A DNA stretch of 63,875 nucleotides, the filler included, from Octopus bimaculoides (Eukaryota): the NCBI RefSeq assembly GCF_001194135.2. It is 6 parts of 5 records of this genome, joined end to end, with 100 filler letters (N's around TTAATTAATTAA, not from the genome) between each part and the next. Parts side by side here need not be neighbours in the genome. Positions count along the whole stretch, not along the records: positions 1 to 20,225 come from NC_068982.1; 5 more parts are not named here. One strand, 5' to 3'. Below are positions 1 through 11,331 of the stretch, piece after piece. How positions within the stretch are numbered: position 1 is the stretch's first letter; every line of letters begins with the position of its first letter. The notes beneath the pieces are model-generated. The model was given only the letters and a program-made list of their open reading frames with translations. It searched no databases and was not told the DNA's origin. The position numbers and the translations under genes were made by a program.

Positions 1-643
1 AGGGAGGGAGGGAGGAGAGGGAGGGAGGGAGGAGAGGGAGGGAGAAGGAGAGAGAGGGAGGGAGAAGAAGTGAGAGAGTAGGAGAGAGAGTACAGCTTTG
101 TTCGGAACATAAATGTAACCGTTATATTGGATCGAACGATTGATCGATCTAATATTTCCGCTTCCGTTAATGTTTCAAACCTAAATAGTTTGTTATAAGC
201 AATAATTCTGCAGTGGAGATCATCTAGATCTGAATCATCAGAGATCAGGAGATTAAGAAATCTGTGAGTCTTTGAGTGCAGTTTACAACATTCACATCCC
301 AACCTACATGCTCCAGTTATTCAGTATTCAGTCATCAAAAGAACCTATAACCCACAATAATGTTTATTACACGAGTTACCTTCACTCCACTGCCCTTTAT
401 TCGCATTAAATTCCTACTATCTTCACTGTACTTGCGTTCTTGTGTTTTTTCTTCTATTTGGAAAAGACTTCGCTTTGTTTCCTTTCTCCATATTCACATC
501 ATCATTACTTTCAATTTTCCATATTTTAGGAAGTCTATTTCTCTTTTATCTCCCTTTATTGCTGTCACTCTTGTGTCTTCCCATTTTGTTTTATTTCACT
601 CGTTAACGCCTTCTGCTTTCGAAAATTCAGTTATTGAATTCAG

Positions 644-724
644 TACGCCAACATCAGTTGTCAAGCGATAGTGGGGAGGGGAGGGGCAAACACAGACACA
701 TACATACAGACAGACAGACAGACA

Positions 725-795
<71 letters not shown>

Positions 796-815
796 ACATA
801 CATATATATATATAT

Positions 816-854
<39 letters not shown>

Positions 855-1051
855 CATACACACATACATATATATATATATACAACGGGCTTCTTTCAGT
901 TTCCGTTGACCAAATCCACTCAAGGCTTTGATCGACCCGACGCTATAGTGCTATAGTAGAAGACACTTGCCGAAGGTGTCCCGCAATGGGACTGAACCCG
1001 GAATCACGAGGTTGGTAAGCAAGCTTCTTATCACACAGCCGCGCCTGCGCC
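644..1051 (-). mobile_element. tRNA-derived SINE family A with an internal microsatellite
   Basis: Head gcgcaggcgcggctgtgtgataagaagc...ccgggttcagtccc (A/B-box-like), body ...ggaaactgaaagaagcccg, then (TA)/(TG)/(TCTG) arrays and a conserved tttgYcccc...cgcttgacaac segment. Confidence 0.8.
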
Positions 1052-1054
1052 ATG

Positions 1055-1091
<37 letters not shown>

Positions 1092-1879
1092 ACAATAGGG
1101 TAAAAAATTGGATATTAATTAATATCAATTTAATACCAGGGAACAAGCACATTAAAAAAATCAGGGAGATTCAGAAAAAATATCTGAGGTCTCAAATGAT
1201 TATTGTATATGTATCTATAAAAATATATATAAGGGAGGCCACTAGGTGGACTGCTAATGTGCTAGAAGAAGATCACATGTCATGTGTCTACTAAGACCGA
1301 ATTATTCTGAAAATGGAATTCAGCGAAGCAACAAAAACGTAAAACGGATTCATGTCCGCGGTTTCCATGCTCGTCGCCCCGCTCTCCTACTCGACCGGGC
1401 ATCAGATAGTCGCCTCACTGGCGATTTTACAACCTAAAGGTCCAGTATATCACAGACTCTCTCCACCATACTGACATGATCTGGAGACAAGCTAAAGCAA
1501 GATATTCAGTACCAATATGGGTCGCAGGTACAGGAATGTGGGAGCGCTATTTTCTCTAGCGCAAGCAAAAGATCCCCAAAATGTTCAATGCCATTCTGGT
1601 TTTATATGAATGTGATGTTAACCTAGAGACACGCTTTAGCAAAAGCCATACATCCCTGTCCTTATTTTATATTTATTTACATTTTTTGTTGGTAATTTTG
1701 TGGATTACTAAAGTGGAAAAGCAGTGCCTATAACAATTTTTTGAGTAGGGAAGAAAACATCCGCAGATCCGACTGTTTGCAACAGAATGGACTTCGCTGA
1801 AGATACTCAATATTTGGGCAATATTCACTAGTATTTAGCTCCGAACTCTTACGTTCTGTTTTCCATTTTTGCCGAACCC

Positions 1880-2100
<221 letters not shown>

Positions 2101-2116
2101 TGTCATTATTATTATT

Positions 2117-2330
2117 TAGGTGGTGAGCTGGCAAAATCGATAGGACGCCGGGCAAAATGCTTAGCGGCATTTCTCACGTCTTTACCTTTCGCATTCAAAT
2201 TCCGCCGAGGTCGACTTTGCCTTCATCCTTTCGAGGTCCATAAATTAAGTACTAGTGAAACACTGGGGGTCGATGAATTCAACTAGTCCCCTCCCCCAAA
2301 ATTTCAGGTCTAATGCCTTTAGCAGAAAGG
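2117..2330 (+). mobile_element. tRNA-derived SINE family B (Deu/Nin-like central domain)
   Basis: ggtgagctggcaaaatcg...cgccgggcaaaatgcttagcgg...ccgccgaggtcgactttgccttcatcctttcgaggtc. Other copies lie near 18340, 28440, 32030, 32555, 50955, 56120, 56270, 56640 and 58790. Confidence 0.75.
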
Positions 2331-4133
2331 ATTATTATTATTATTTTGCACCCTTTTGTTACCAATAAAATGCCAGTCAAATTACTGGTTCGATATAATG
2401 AACTGTTACATTCTCAAAAATATACGTCCATGTGTCTCAGAGATTAATATTTATTCTTAATTAGGATAGTAGAGCAGCAGAAATGCTTGAACGTTTGAAG
2501 TGAAATGAAGAAGTAACTGAACGAACATACAACTTCATTCATAAATTTATAAGTTTCTGTTTGGCAAGTTTTCAAATAATATTTTCTTTCCATTCACAAT
2601 GAGTTTTTAATTTGCAATTACTTTTACATAAAAGAAATATTTCATTTTCTACATTGATACCAGATAACATTGTGGAACTTGTGCACCAACAGTAACTTCT
2701 GGTCCAGATAGAAACGAGAAACTACATTTATCCAATTTATAGATGAATCATCATTTTACGCGACTACCATGATTAATTAAACCTAGTTAATTACCATTTT
2801 ATAGTATACTTTATAGTATATTTTATAATCATAAAACCTTATAATTTTTGTAGACGTTCAGTGATTCTACACATGTACTGTAAAGTTTTTATATATACAT
2901 TTTGCTTCCTCAGAATAGCTAAGTTCATTTTTCTACATTCCCGACTTCATTTTCGTTTATTCGCAATCCTGCACTTATATGTCCCTAAAGCAAAAGAACG
3001 CTGCAAGTTGTAACTATTTTATTTCATTTACGTTAATTAATAATTACTGCACGAACATCAGTTACTGTTTCATCATTTTTAGAAGTTAATATCGCTAATC
3101 TCCCATTAATGGATACCACTGAGGATGCAGTTGTTTTCTACTCTGTCGCATAATCTACTGGATTCTTTTCTTTCTTTGCTACACAGAATTAAGGCAAAAT
3201 AAAAATAAATAAATAAAAATAAATACTAAAAGGAAATTGAAAAAATTGTATTTATAAAAATCAAAATAATTTAATTATCAATCAAAAGAAATGCTAAAAT
3301 GGCAGTTAGAAGAAAGAAAGAAGTTGAACATCAACTAATCATCGATATTAAATGCGGGTCTTTACAAGTACATATAATGTCACTCTTCAATAATGGAGTC
3401 TTATATGCAGAAATAGATCTGCTTAATGGCTGTCCCCCGTCTATAGAATATCGGTTGTTGGTATTTTCTTTGTTCTCTCGAAATGATTAATTGATAACAC
3501 CACCTCTTATACCACCATTATCTCTTACACCACCCTGTCAGCACTACCACCACCACCTGAAAGGTCGGCTTAGTCACTCGGTGCATTCTTCAAAGCTTGT
3601 TAATAGTTATAAATATGACTGATATATAAATTAAATCAAAGCCTTTATCTTGTGTATGTGTTTACTTCTACACACACACACAAATACATACATAAACGCA
3701 TGCACACACGCACATACACACACGCACATACACACATACAAACACGCGCGCACGTATTCATGTGTGTGAGTGAGACATGGTAATGAAATGTGATAGATTA
3801 ATTTATGCCTGAAGTTAGTGATGTTCGGTTGAAATGGTTAGCAACTTTCGAGTGCATTATTTTCATCATACATAATTTAAAAAAAACTCTATTGTCACCC
3901 AACAAGGCCTAATTTCAGTGAAAGAAAGATCAAAAACAAATTAACAGACGTAATTTCAACCATATAGAACAAATTCAGACCTGTTCTTTGACTGTGGCTT
4001 AGTGCCAGTAATAACTGGGGTGAATGTTGGCTGACCGAAACGTCTGAAAACTACCATTAACAATACCTTAATATCTTCATATTTCAAAAGATAACATTTT
4101 TTCGACACAAGATCTAACTGTATTTCAATATCT

Positions 4134-4228
4134 TTTATCTTTTTTACTTGTTTCAGTCATTGAACTGCGGTCATGCTGGGGAACCGCCTTGAATTTTTAG
4201 TTGATTGAAACGGTTGTCAAACGGCAGT

Positions 4229-4263
<35 letters not shown>

Positions 4264-4451
4264 GCGCGCACGCACACACACACACACTCACACACGACGG
4301 GCTTCTTGGCTTGTTTCCGTCTACCAAATTCATTTATAAGGCTTTGGTCGATCCGAGACTATAGGAGAAAACACTTGCCCAAGGTACCAGACAGTGGGAC
4401 TAAACCTGGAACCATATTGTTGAAAATAAACTTCTTACCACATAGCCACTC
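4134..4451 (-). mobile_element. SINE family A copy
   Basis: Same head, body and tail (gaaacaagtaaaaaagataaaa), with (TG)n inside. Confidence 0.75.
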
Positions 4452-4884
4452 CAAAGGAAATTAAGGAATGTTATTTCCGGTAGCCTGGTGCGAAATTTTC
4501 GGGGATGCGGAAGTGTTTATGAAATAGAAATGAAGAGTCATGAGTTAGGAAGAATCAGATTGTATGAAAGGCATTTTTCTAAATTTGAAAGTTATTTGTT
4601 TAACCACACACATTTAGGTTTACATTTACACACGCGCACGCATGCACACTCACAGCATATCCACATTCATGCACACTGAGACAAACATATACATGTTCAG
4701 ATGTTTACGAATTCTTATATTTATAGAAGCTATGTAATGAGAAGTAGAGATGATTGTGACGTTTCTGGTTATCCGATGAAAGTTGATAATTAGAGGATGA
4801 GGAAATAAACGAAAATGCCAAAATAACAGGAAAAGAAGATTATATTTCCTACTCCCAAAATGCTATACAGGTATGATTCACTGT

Positions 4885-5051
4885 CAGGGCCGATCATAGG
4901 GTTGCTGGTGCTCCGGACAAGCTGAACTTTGGCGACCTTACAAGGATAATCTTTTAAAACTTTCACAAGGAGAAAAACTGAAAATGTAGAGTAAACATCA
5001 CATGGCGCTCTGGGCGACTGCCCGAGTTGCCGATACCTTGAACCGGCCCTG
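4885..5051. mobile_element. hAT-type MITE, 167 bp, with perfect 8-bp TSD
   Basis: Termini CAGGGCCGAT...AACCGGCCCTG; TSD TTCACTGT at 4877-4884 and 5052-5059. Confidence 0.85.
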
Positions 5052-5729
5052 TTCACTGTAGAAATTCCCGAAGGACAACATTTCTTTTGTAGACATGAAG
5101 AGGCACTAACACACCTTAGCTTTCTGAACTTTCAATCTGTAATTTGGAAGTACTGCGGTAGACCATACGCTAAAGTAGCATCGAAATTACTTATGACTGT
5201 TGCGATTTCGGGCGAATCATCTGAATTTATGAACATTAAAACTTTATGAGACTATGAAGATAGAAGAATACACTTCCGATCCAGCAAGTAAGTGGATCCT
5301 TGTTTGAAAATTTAGAGAGAAAGATATTTATTGGTTTAGAGGGAAAAAATTCAAATCAAATTTAAGTCACATTATTCTATAATGTGACCGCAACGTACCT
5401 CAGGAGAACTGTTCGGGTTACAATAATGATGGAGTAATTACTTATAAATGTTGCGATGCGTGAGTTGAACATTAAGCAAGCAGAATTAACTTTCAAATAC
5501 ATATGACAAACAGAACAACTAAGTAGAGACTCTGTTACAGCAATAGAGTACAGACGTTGTTGAATAATTCAGAAAACTTCAAACTGTTTCATTAAGCATT
5601 ACGAGACAAATACAAAAAATAAACAGAACGACTCCAGCTCGTGCCGAATGTTTTAGAAAGTAAATCTTATGAAGTGGAACAAATTCAACAGCTTCAAACG
5701 CTAAAGCGTTACTCATACAAAAATGTAAA

Positions 5730-6215
5730 TATACAAACACCCTCACATCACACCACACCAATACCCTCGCATCACACCACGCACACCACACCAATACCCT
5801 CGCATCACACCACGCACACACTACAACTGACCAACTACTTTCTCCCTTTCTCCCTTCCCCCATTTTCACACTACATACGTCAAGATCACCAGCAGTCTAC
5901 CTCCCACACACAGCCCCTCGTTCCCGATCACCGTTTGTTATCTCCCCCTTTCTTAGCTCTCCTGAAATAAGAATTTCTAACTTCCGGTCAGCCATTGTTA
6001 TGATCGGCCATTATTATGATTGACCGTTGACTGAACACTATTCAATTTTTTTTCTCCGTGTTTTTCTCCTTGTCTCCGTATTCTTTCTGTTGAAGAGCGT
6101 AGCTCGAAACGTCAAAGACTTTCCGTATTCCCGAGCGTCATACTAATATATACTTTTGTTATTTACACCACCTGTCCTCGTCTGTTGTTATTTTTTGTAT
6201 ATTCTCCCATATATA
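5730..6215 (+). mobile_element. Penelope-type terminal repeat (same family as 12170-12745)
   Basis: Shared blocks (cgtcaagRtcaccagc; ttatctcccc..ttcYtagctctcctg; gaagagcgtagctcgaaacg; cccgagcgt...acaccacctgtc...tattctccc) and CAC-rich tandem repeats. Confidence 0.75.
6082..6118 (+). ncRNA. Minimal type-I hammerhead-ribozyme motif, variant core CUGUUGA
   Basis: UCUUU-CUGUUGA-A-GAGC(GUA)GCUC-GAAA-CGUC/AAAGA: 5-bp stem I, 4-bp stem II, palindromic ACGU stem III, GUC cleavage triplet. Confidence 0.65.
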
Positions 6216-8516
6216 TATATATATATATATATTGATAGTGTTTTTAATGTATGTCTTTGTGGTGTAAATACAGTAATAATAATACACAGATGGCTATTTT
6301 AATTCAATACTGTTTCATTTGCGCACACCGAGTTTTTATTCAGCTCGGAGGGTTTTCTGAAATATCAGTGAATGTATCTGTCACTCTTACTGAGTTTTTT
6401 ATTGAGTTCGACGGGCCTTCTGGCGTACACCGATTGTTCTATTTAATTTTGAGTCAGTTTTCGGTGGCCTGGTGTAAAATAAATGATGACTGAATTACGC
6501 TTTTAGACTTACACACCTATAAAGTATAATTAAGTTAATTTCATGAAGATATTTTTTTTCGTATTCTGATGACTGTTCATTATATTTTAATGATATTTGA
6601 CAGCTATTAACAGTCATATGTCCTGTCGACTTCAAAAATTTCTGCATTCTTCCCATCACCTAAATACATTCAGGTCGGTTGCACTTTCATGGAAAATATA
6701 TGTCATGTTAACCGAAATTAGAAGATATGTTGGAATTTTGTTATATCTGGATTAAAAGTATTCGGAGTTTTCTGTAAGAAAACCGCTTAAAAAAATATAA
6801 TTTTTTGTACGATAAGCGCCCCTTTCTTCACAACGAGTCAAAGAAATTCTAAAGTCCACGCTTAATTCTAAAGTAAGCGGATGAGAGTTAAATTCCTTCA
6901 CCCATGGATAAACTATAACAGTCAGAAAATATATTTCTTAGTTATAAACCAAATGGAAATTGTATAATGTATAAACTTTAAATTCAAAAGCTGATGTCCA
7001 AATACCGTGCAATGCATTTTCCCCCTAAATAGTTTTATATGTTACACTTGCCTATCCTACTCTCCTCCAAATTTCTGGCTTTGGGTCTAAATCAGAAACA
7101 ATTATTATCTCAGAATTAAGAACGAGGGCTGTGATGCACGAAGTAAGCTTTTGTAATGATAGATCCGAAACAGTTTCAAATCTCCGTTCAGATATTTTAA
7201 CATAATGCCCCCCCCCCCCGCTATCGTTTCTTTCCAGAAAGTCATGAACGCTGCTTACTGTTAACGTTCCTTTCTCTATAATATCGAACGTTAAGACATT
7301 ATGTTTAGTTACACGAAACTAAAGTTTTATTTTGTTATTTCTCTCTTATCACAACACAACGGAAAATTATGGGTCAGTAGTTCTATTAGCTTAGAGTTCG
7401 AACACTTTTNNNNNNNNNNNNNNNNNNNNNNNNNNNNNNNNNNNNNNNNNNNNNNNNNNNNNNNNNNNNNNNNNNNNNNNNNNNNNNNNNNNNNNNNNNN
7501 NNNNNNNNNNNNNNNNNNNNNNNNNNNNNNNNNNNNNNNNNNNNNNNNNNNNNNNNNNNNNNNNNNNNNNNNNNNNNNNNNNNNNNNNNNNNNNNNNNNN
7601 NNNNNNNNNNNNNNNNNNNNNNNNNNNNNNNNNNNNNNNNNNNNNNNNNNNNNNNNNNNNNNNNNNNNNNNNNNNNNNNNNNNNNNNNNNNNNNNNNNNN
7701 NNNNNNNNNNNNNNNNNNNNNNNNNNNNNNNNNNNNNNNNNNNNNNNNNNNNNNNNNNNNNNNNNNNNNNNNNNNNNNNNNNNNNNNNNNNNNNNNNNNN
7801 NNNNNNNNNNNNNNNNNNNNNNNNNNNNNNNNNNNNNNNNNNNNNTAAATGAATTTCTCTCAAACGGCACTGACCAGACCCCACAAAATTCTTAGCAGTT
7901 AATGGATGCTTCAAAGATGCCAAAATACAAAACAAAACAAATAAATAATGATAATTATGATAAAAAGTAAACTTCTTGAACGTCGTTTGGAAAAATTAAT
8001 CAGTTTCTCAGATTAGATTTTAATTTGGAAAGAAATTAAGGAATAAACAACAAAGATTGGGGGGGGGGGAACAAGAGAGGGAAGAGAGAAAGAGAGAGAG
8101 CGAGAGAGGAAGTGAATGTGAAAAGGATGGTGAGTGAGAGAGTGAGAAAGGGTAAAGAGGGAGAGGGAGTGAGGAGGGTGGGGAGAGAGAGGAAAAAGAG
8201 AAAGCGAACGGGGCGGAAGAAAGTGAGAGGGAGAGAGACAGAGAGCGCGGGAAAGAGAGGGAGAAGGAATGAAGGAAAGGGAGTGTAGTAAGGTTGTAAC
8301 ATCAATTAGTTACCAATTTAATCTTATTTAACCTTTTCGCGAAACTCAGAGGAGAGTTAGAGCTAAAATCCTTGGTTTTCTCGAGTTGAGTAAGCGAGTA
8401 AAAAAAAAAAAATGTTCTGTTCGTGGATAAGGTCCTAATTCTTCGCTGAAAATTTTCCTAATAACATCTGGAGAACGTTCAGTACCGAACATCCAGGAAA
8501 ATTAGTACAAAGATAA

Positions 8517-8653
8517 TTTATACATTATTTACATGATTTACATTTGACGGATATTTGTCCTCATCTTGTTTGCTGTTAACACATTTCGGCTGATATATCC
8601 ACCAGCCTTCATCAGGTGTCTTGGGGAAATTTCGAACCTGGGTTCTCATTCCT
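8517..8653 (-). mobile_element. Inverted copy of the hammerhead-bearing repeat (stem II intact, GAAACGUU damaged to GAAAUGUG)
   Basis: Reverse complement aggaatgagaacccaggttcgaaatttccccaagacacctgatgaaggctg...cagccgaaatgtgttaac matches 9702-9790. Confidence 0.7.
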
Positions 8654-8669
8654 GAATTATTTCTGGATC

Positions 8670-8703
<34 letters not shown>

Positions 8704-8876
8704 GTTTTTTTTCTTTCTTTCTTTAAATTTTCTTCCATTTCTCGCCGAGTGTTTTCCGTACACCTAGGGCAGAGAAGCTCATTGTATGCATTCCCAGATT
8801 ACACACCCAAATTCACAGGTAGAATATGTATTTAAAAAAATTAATAAATAAATAAATTCATGAATGGATATTGTTT

Positions 8877-9270
8877 TCACAGCGCTAATGCTCTTCTCAG
8901 TACGTGAGTCGTTCTAGTTAAGACGATGTTTTGCACTTCCTGTAGGGATGGTAAATCTGGTATCATTTTCGAATAGGTTTCAGTACCTTTTTTTTTTTTT
9001 ATCATTCCTAGACATCCTACAATCACTGGTACGGTAGTCGCCTTGAGATGCCACATTTTTTTCAATTTCTATTAGCAAGTCTTTATATTTACTAATCTTG
9101 TGAAATTCTTTCGCCGCTATATTATGATCGCAAGAAATACTCATGTCAATTAATAAACACATCTTCTTTGTCCGATCTTTTATAATAATATCCGGTTTAT
9201 TAGCTTTTATAGTTTTGTCGGTATGTACGGGGAAGTCCCAGAGAATCGACACATTTTGTCCCTCAGTCAC
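8877..9270 (-). mobile_element. 3' fragment of an RLE-type (R4/Dong- or NeSL-like) non-LTR retrotransposon, frameshifted
   Basis: ILWDFPVHTDKTIKANKPDIII...LIDMS...KEFHKISKYKDL / KMW...VPVIVGCLG is a PD-(D/E)xK restriction-like endonuclease C-terminus. Confidence 0.8.
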
Positions 9271-9494
9271 AGCTTATTATTATTATTATTTTATGTTTGA
9301 CTTTTGTTTTGCATTTGTACAAGTTGGATCCAAGTCTCACCCAGAGACCTCAAGAGACAACAAGTTAGAAGTTCATGTAGGTGTTATGCCTAGGGTACCA
9401 TATATTTGGATTTGTACAGTTTTGTTCAGGTGAATGTTTAAGAAACCATAAGTAAATTATGTGTTTACTTTAAAATTTGAGATCACATAGACAG

Positions 9495-9497
9495 TAT

Positions 9498-9528
<31 letters not shown>

Positions 9529-9590
9529 TATTATTAATACTACTACTACTACTACTACTACTATTATTATTATTGTTATTGTTATTATTC
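9495..9590. repeat. (ATT)n/(ACT)n microsatellite
   Basis: Seen directly. Confidence 0.9.
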
Positions 9591-9664
9591 AGGTCACTGC
9601 CTAGAATCGAACTCAGAATCTTGGGATTAGTATCCCGCGCTCTTAACCATTATGCCATATGCCC
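9591..9664 (-). pseudogene. tRNA-like unit (SINE head or tRNA pseudogene) followed directly by (AAT)n
   Basis: GGGCATATGGCATAATGGTTAAGAGCGCGGGATACTAATCCCAAGATTCTGAGTTCGATTCTAGGCAGTGACC: A-box, anticodon-like arm and B-box are present, but the acceptor stem pairs poorly. Confidence 0.6.
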
Positions 9665-9699
9665 TATAATAATAATAACAATAATATTTTAAAATACCT

Positions 9700-9857
9700 T
9701 AGGAATGAGAACCCAGGTTCGAAATTTCTCCAAGACACCTGATGAAGGCTGGAGGATATATCATCCGAAACGTTGTGTTAACAACAAACAAGATGAGGAC
9801 AAATATCCGTCAAATGTAAATAATGTACATAATTCCTCATCTCTTAAATATAGAACT
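9700..9857 (+). mobile_element. Hammerhead-bearing interspersed repeat, probably a Penelope-type terminal repeat
   Basis: Recurs in inverted orientation at 8517-8653. ORFs 9705..9902 and 8518..8763 are translations of the same repeat. Confidence 0.65.
9734..9779 (+). ncRNA. Minimal type-I hammerhead-ribozyme motif, canonical CUGAUGA core (second repeat family)
   Basis: GACAC-CUGAUGA-A-GGCUG(10 nt)CAUCC-GAAA-CGUU/GUGUU: stem I has 5 bp including one G.U pair, stem II has one mismatch. Confidence 0.7.
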
Positions 9858-10811
9858 GATAGAGAAGACACACAAAGGGTCGTGAGCCGACAGTCCGTAT
9901 GATATTTATTCAGTCGTTTCTCGTTCACCTCAGGTTTCTTATAGAATATCATGCTGTAATGGAGATTGAACACTGATCTTAGAATTAAAATTACAATTTC
10001 TTGTAGGCTTTCAATTTTTAATATCAAATGGCTAAGATCCATTTATTCCAATTCATAGAAGATGAAGGTTTATTTCATGATGTAAGATATAATAGTCAGT
10101 ACAAAGAGTACATATTTTCTTGTCACATTTTCTCATGTTTTCTCATATTCCAGCGGCCTGGTTTTTAAATACATCTGACGCATGAACTGAGTCTTAAAGA
10201 TTGCTTTTGGATACAAGGTATATTATATAAATTTGCCAATTTAATGTCAATTAAAAGCATGAAGTTATTAGTAGCTCCTTTGTGATGTGTATATTAAATG
10301 ATATTTATCCCTCAGTGGACAGTGTACATTTTTTGCTGAACCTATCTATATTTGAACTGTAAACTATATATATATATTAATAAAAACCACACAAAAACCA
10401 TATATATTGTATATATATGTGTGTGTATGTGTACTTGTGTGTAGAAAACAGCACAATATGATAGATATGAATAACATAGCAAGTTCACAAGCACATTGTG
10501 TATATTTTCATTTAATGAATAAAATAAAATTAAATAGAACAATAAAATAGACAATAATAAACAAACAACGTTAAAGAAAAGCTAGATGTCTCCAATTTTG
10601 TTATTGTCAATGTATATTCTAAACTTGACCTTTCAAATTTGACCTCTTGTTTTACAAGCAACAATTTTTCAGGAAGTTGTTTAATAAAATGTGTAGTTCC
10701 TAACCAGGTCACATGAAGATTGACAAAAATGCACGCTATTAACAGAGGTGGAGACCTCTGACACGAGTAATGTAAATCAGTTTGTCACCAGTCAAACAAC
10801 CAGGAAACATT

Positions 10812-11002
10812 TATACATACATACATACATACATGCATACATACATACATACATACATACATACACACACACATACACCCACATACATATATATATATGT
10901 ATACACACGCATAAATACATATATACATATATACAAATATACATTATATATATGCGTATATATACATACAAATATACATTATATATATGTGTACAGATAT
11001 GC

Positions 11003-11076
<74 letters not shown>
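10812..11076. repeat. (TACA)n/(TA)n/(TG)n compound microsatellite
   Basis: Seen directly. Confidence 0.9.
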
Positions 11077-11079
<3 letters not shown>

Positions 11080-11281
11080 GGCGCGTGGCTTAGTGGTTAG
11101 GGCATTCGATTCACAATTGTAAGGTCGTGAGTTCAATTTCCGGTGACTCGTTGTGTCCTTAAGCAAGACACTTTATTTCATGTTGTTCCAGTCCACTGGC
11201 AAAAATGAGTTGTACCTGTATTTCAAAGGGCCAGCCTTGTCACACTCTGTGTCACGTTGAATTCCCCTCAGAACTACGTTA
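11076..11281 (+). mobile_element. tRNA-derived SINE family C, 3'-truncated
   Basis: gaaggcgcgtggcttagtggttagggc...gagttcaattt...tgtgtccttaagcaagacacttta. Related relics lie near 18660 (+) and 26780 (-). Confidence 0.75.
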
Positions 11282-11331
11282 ATGTGTGGTAAAGCTTTAA
11301 GAAGTAGAAAAGCACTCGACCAACTAAGATT

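Noticed and set aside
596-931. Many overlapping ORFs rich in C/V, H/T or Y/I (also near 10750, 14430, 17400, 52820-53680, 58120 and 60150)
   Set aside because: Translations of (CA)n, (TA)n and (TACA)n microsatellites; no coding evidence.
1100-1860. Possible decayed RTE RT (gacttcgctgaagatact resembling DFADD)
   Set aside because: Similarity too weak to call without a search.
3970-4050. ttcagac...gaccgaaacgtctgaa, a hammerhead-like GAAACGUC half
   Set aside because: No CUGANGA-like half core at a compatible position.
7301-7935. Long ORFs of 150-220 aa (also at 11557-12226, 42503-43109, 49364-50190 and 55370-55813)
   Set aside because: Length comes from N gaps translated as X.
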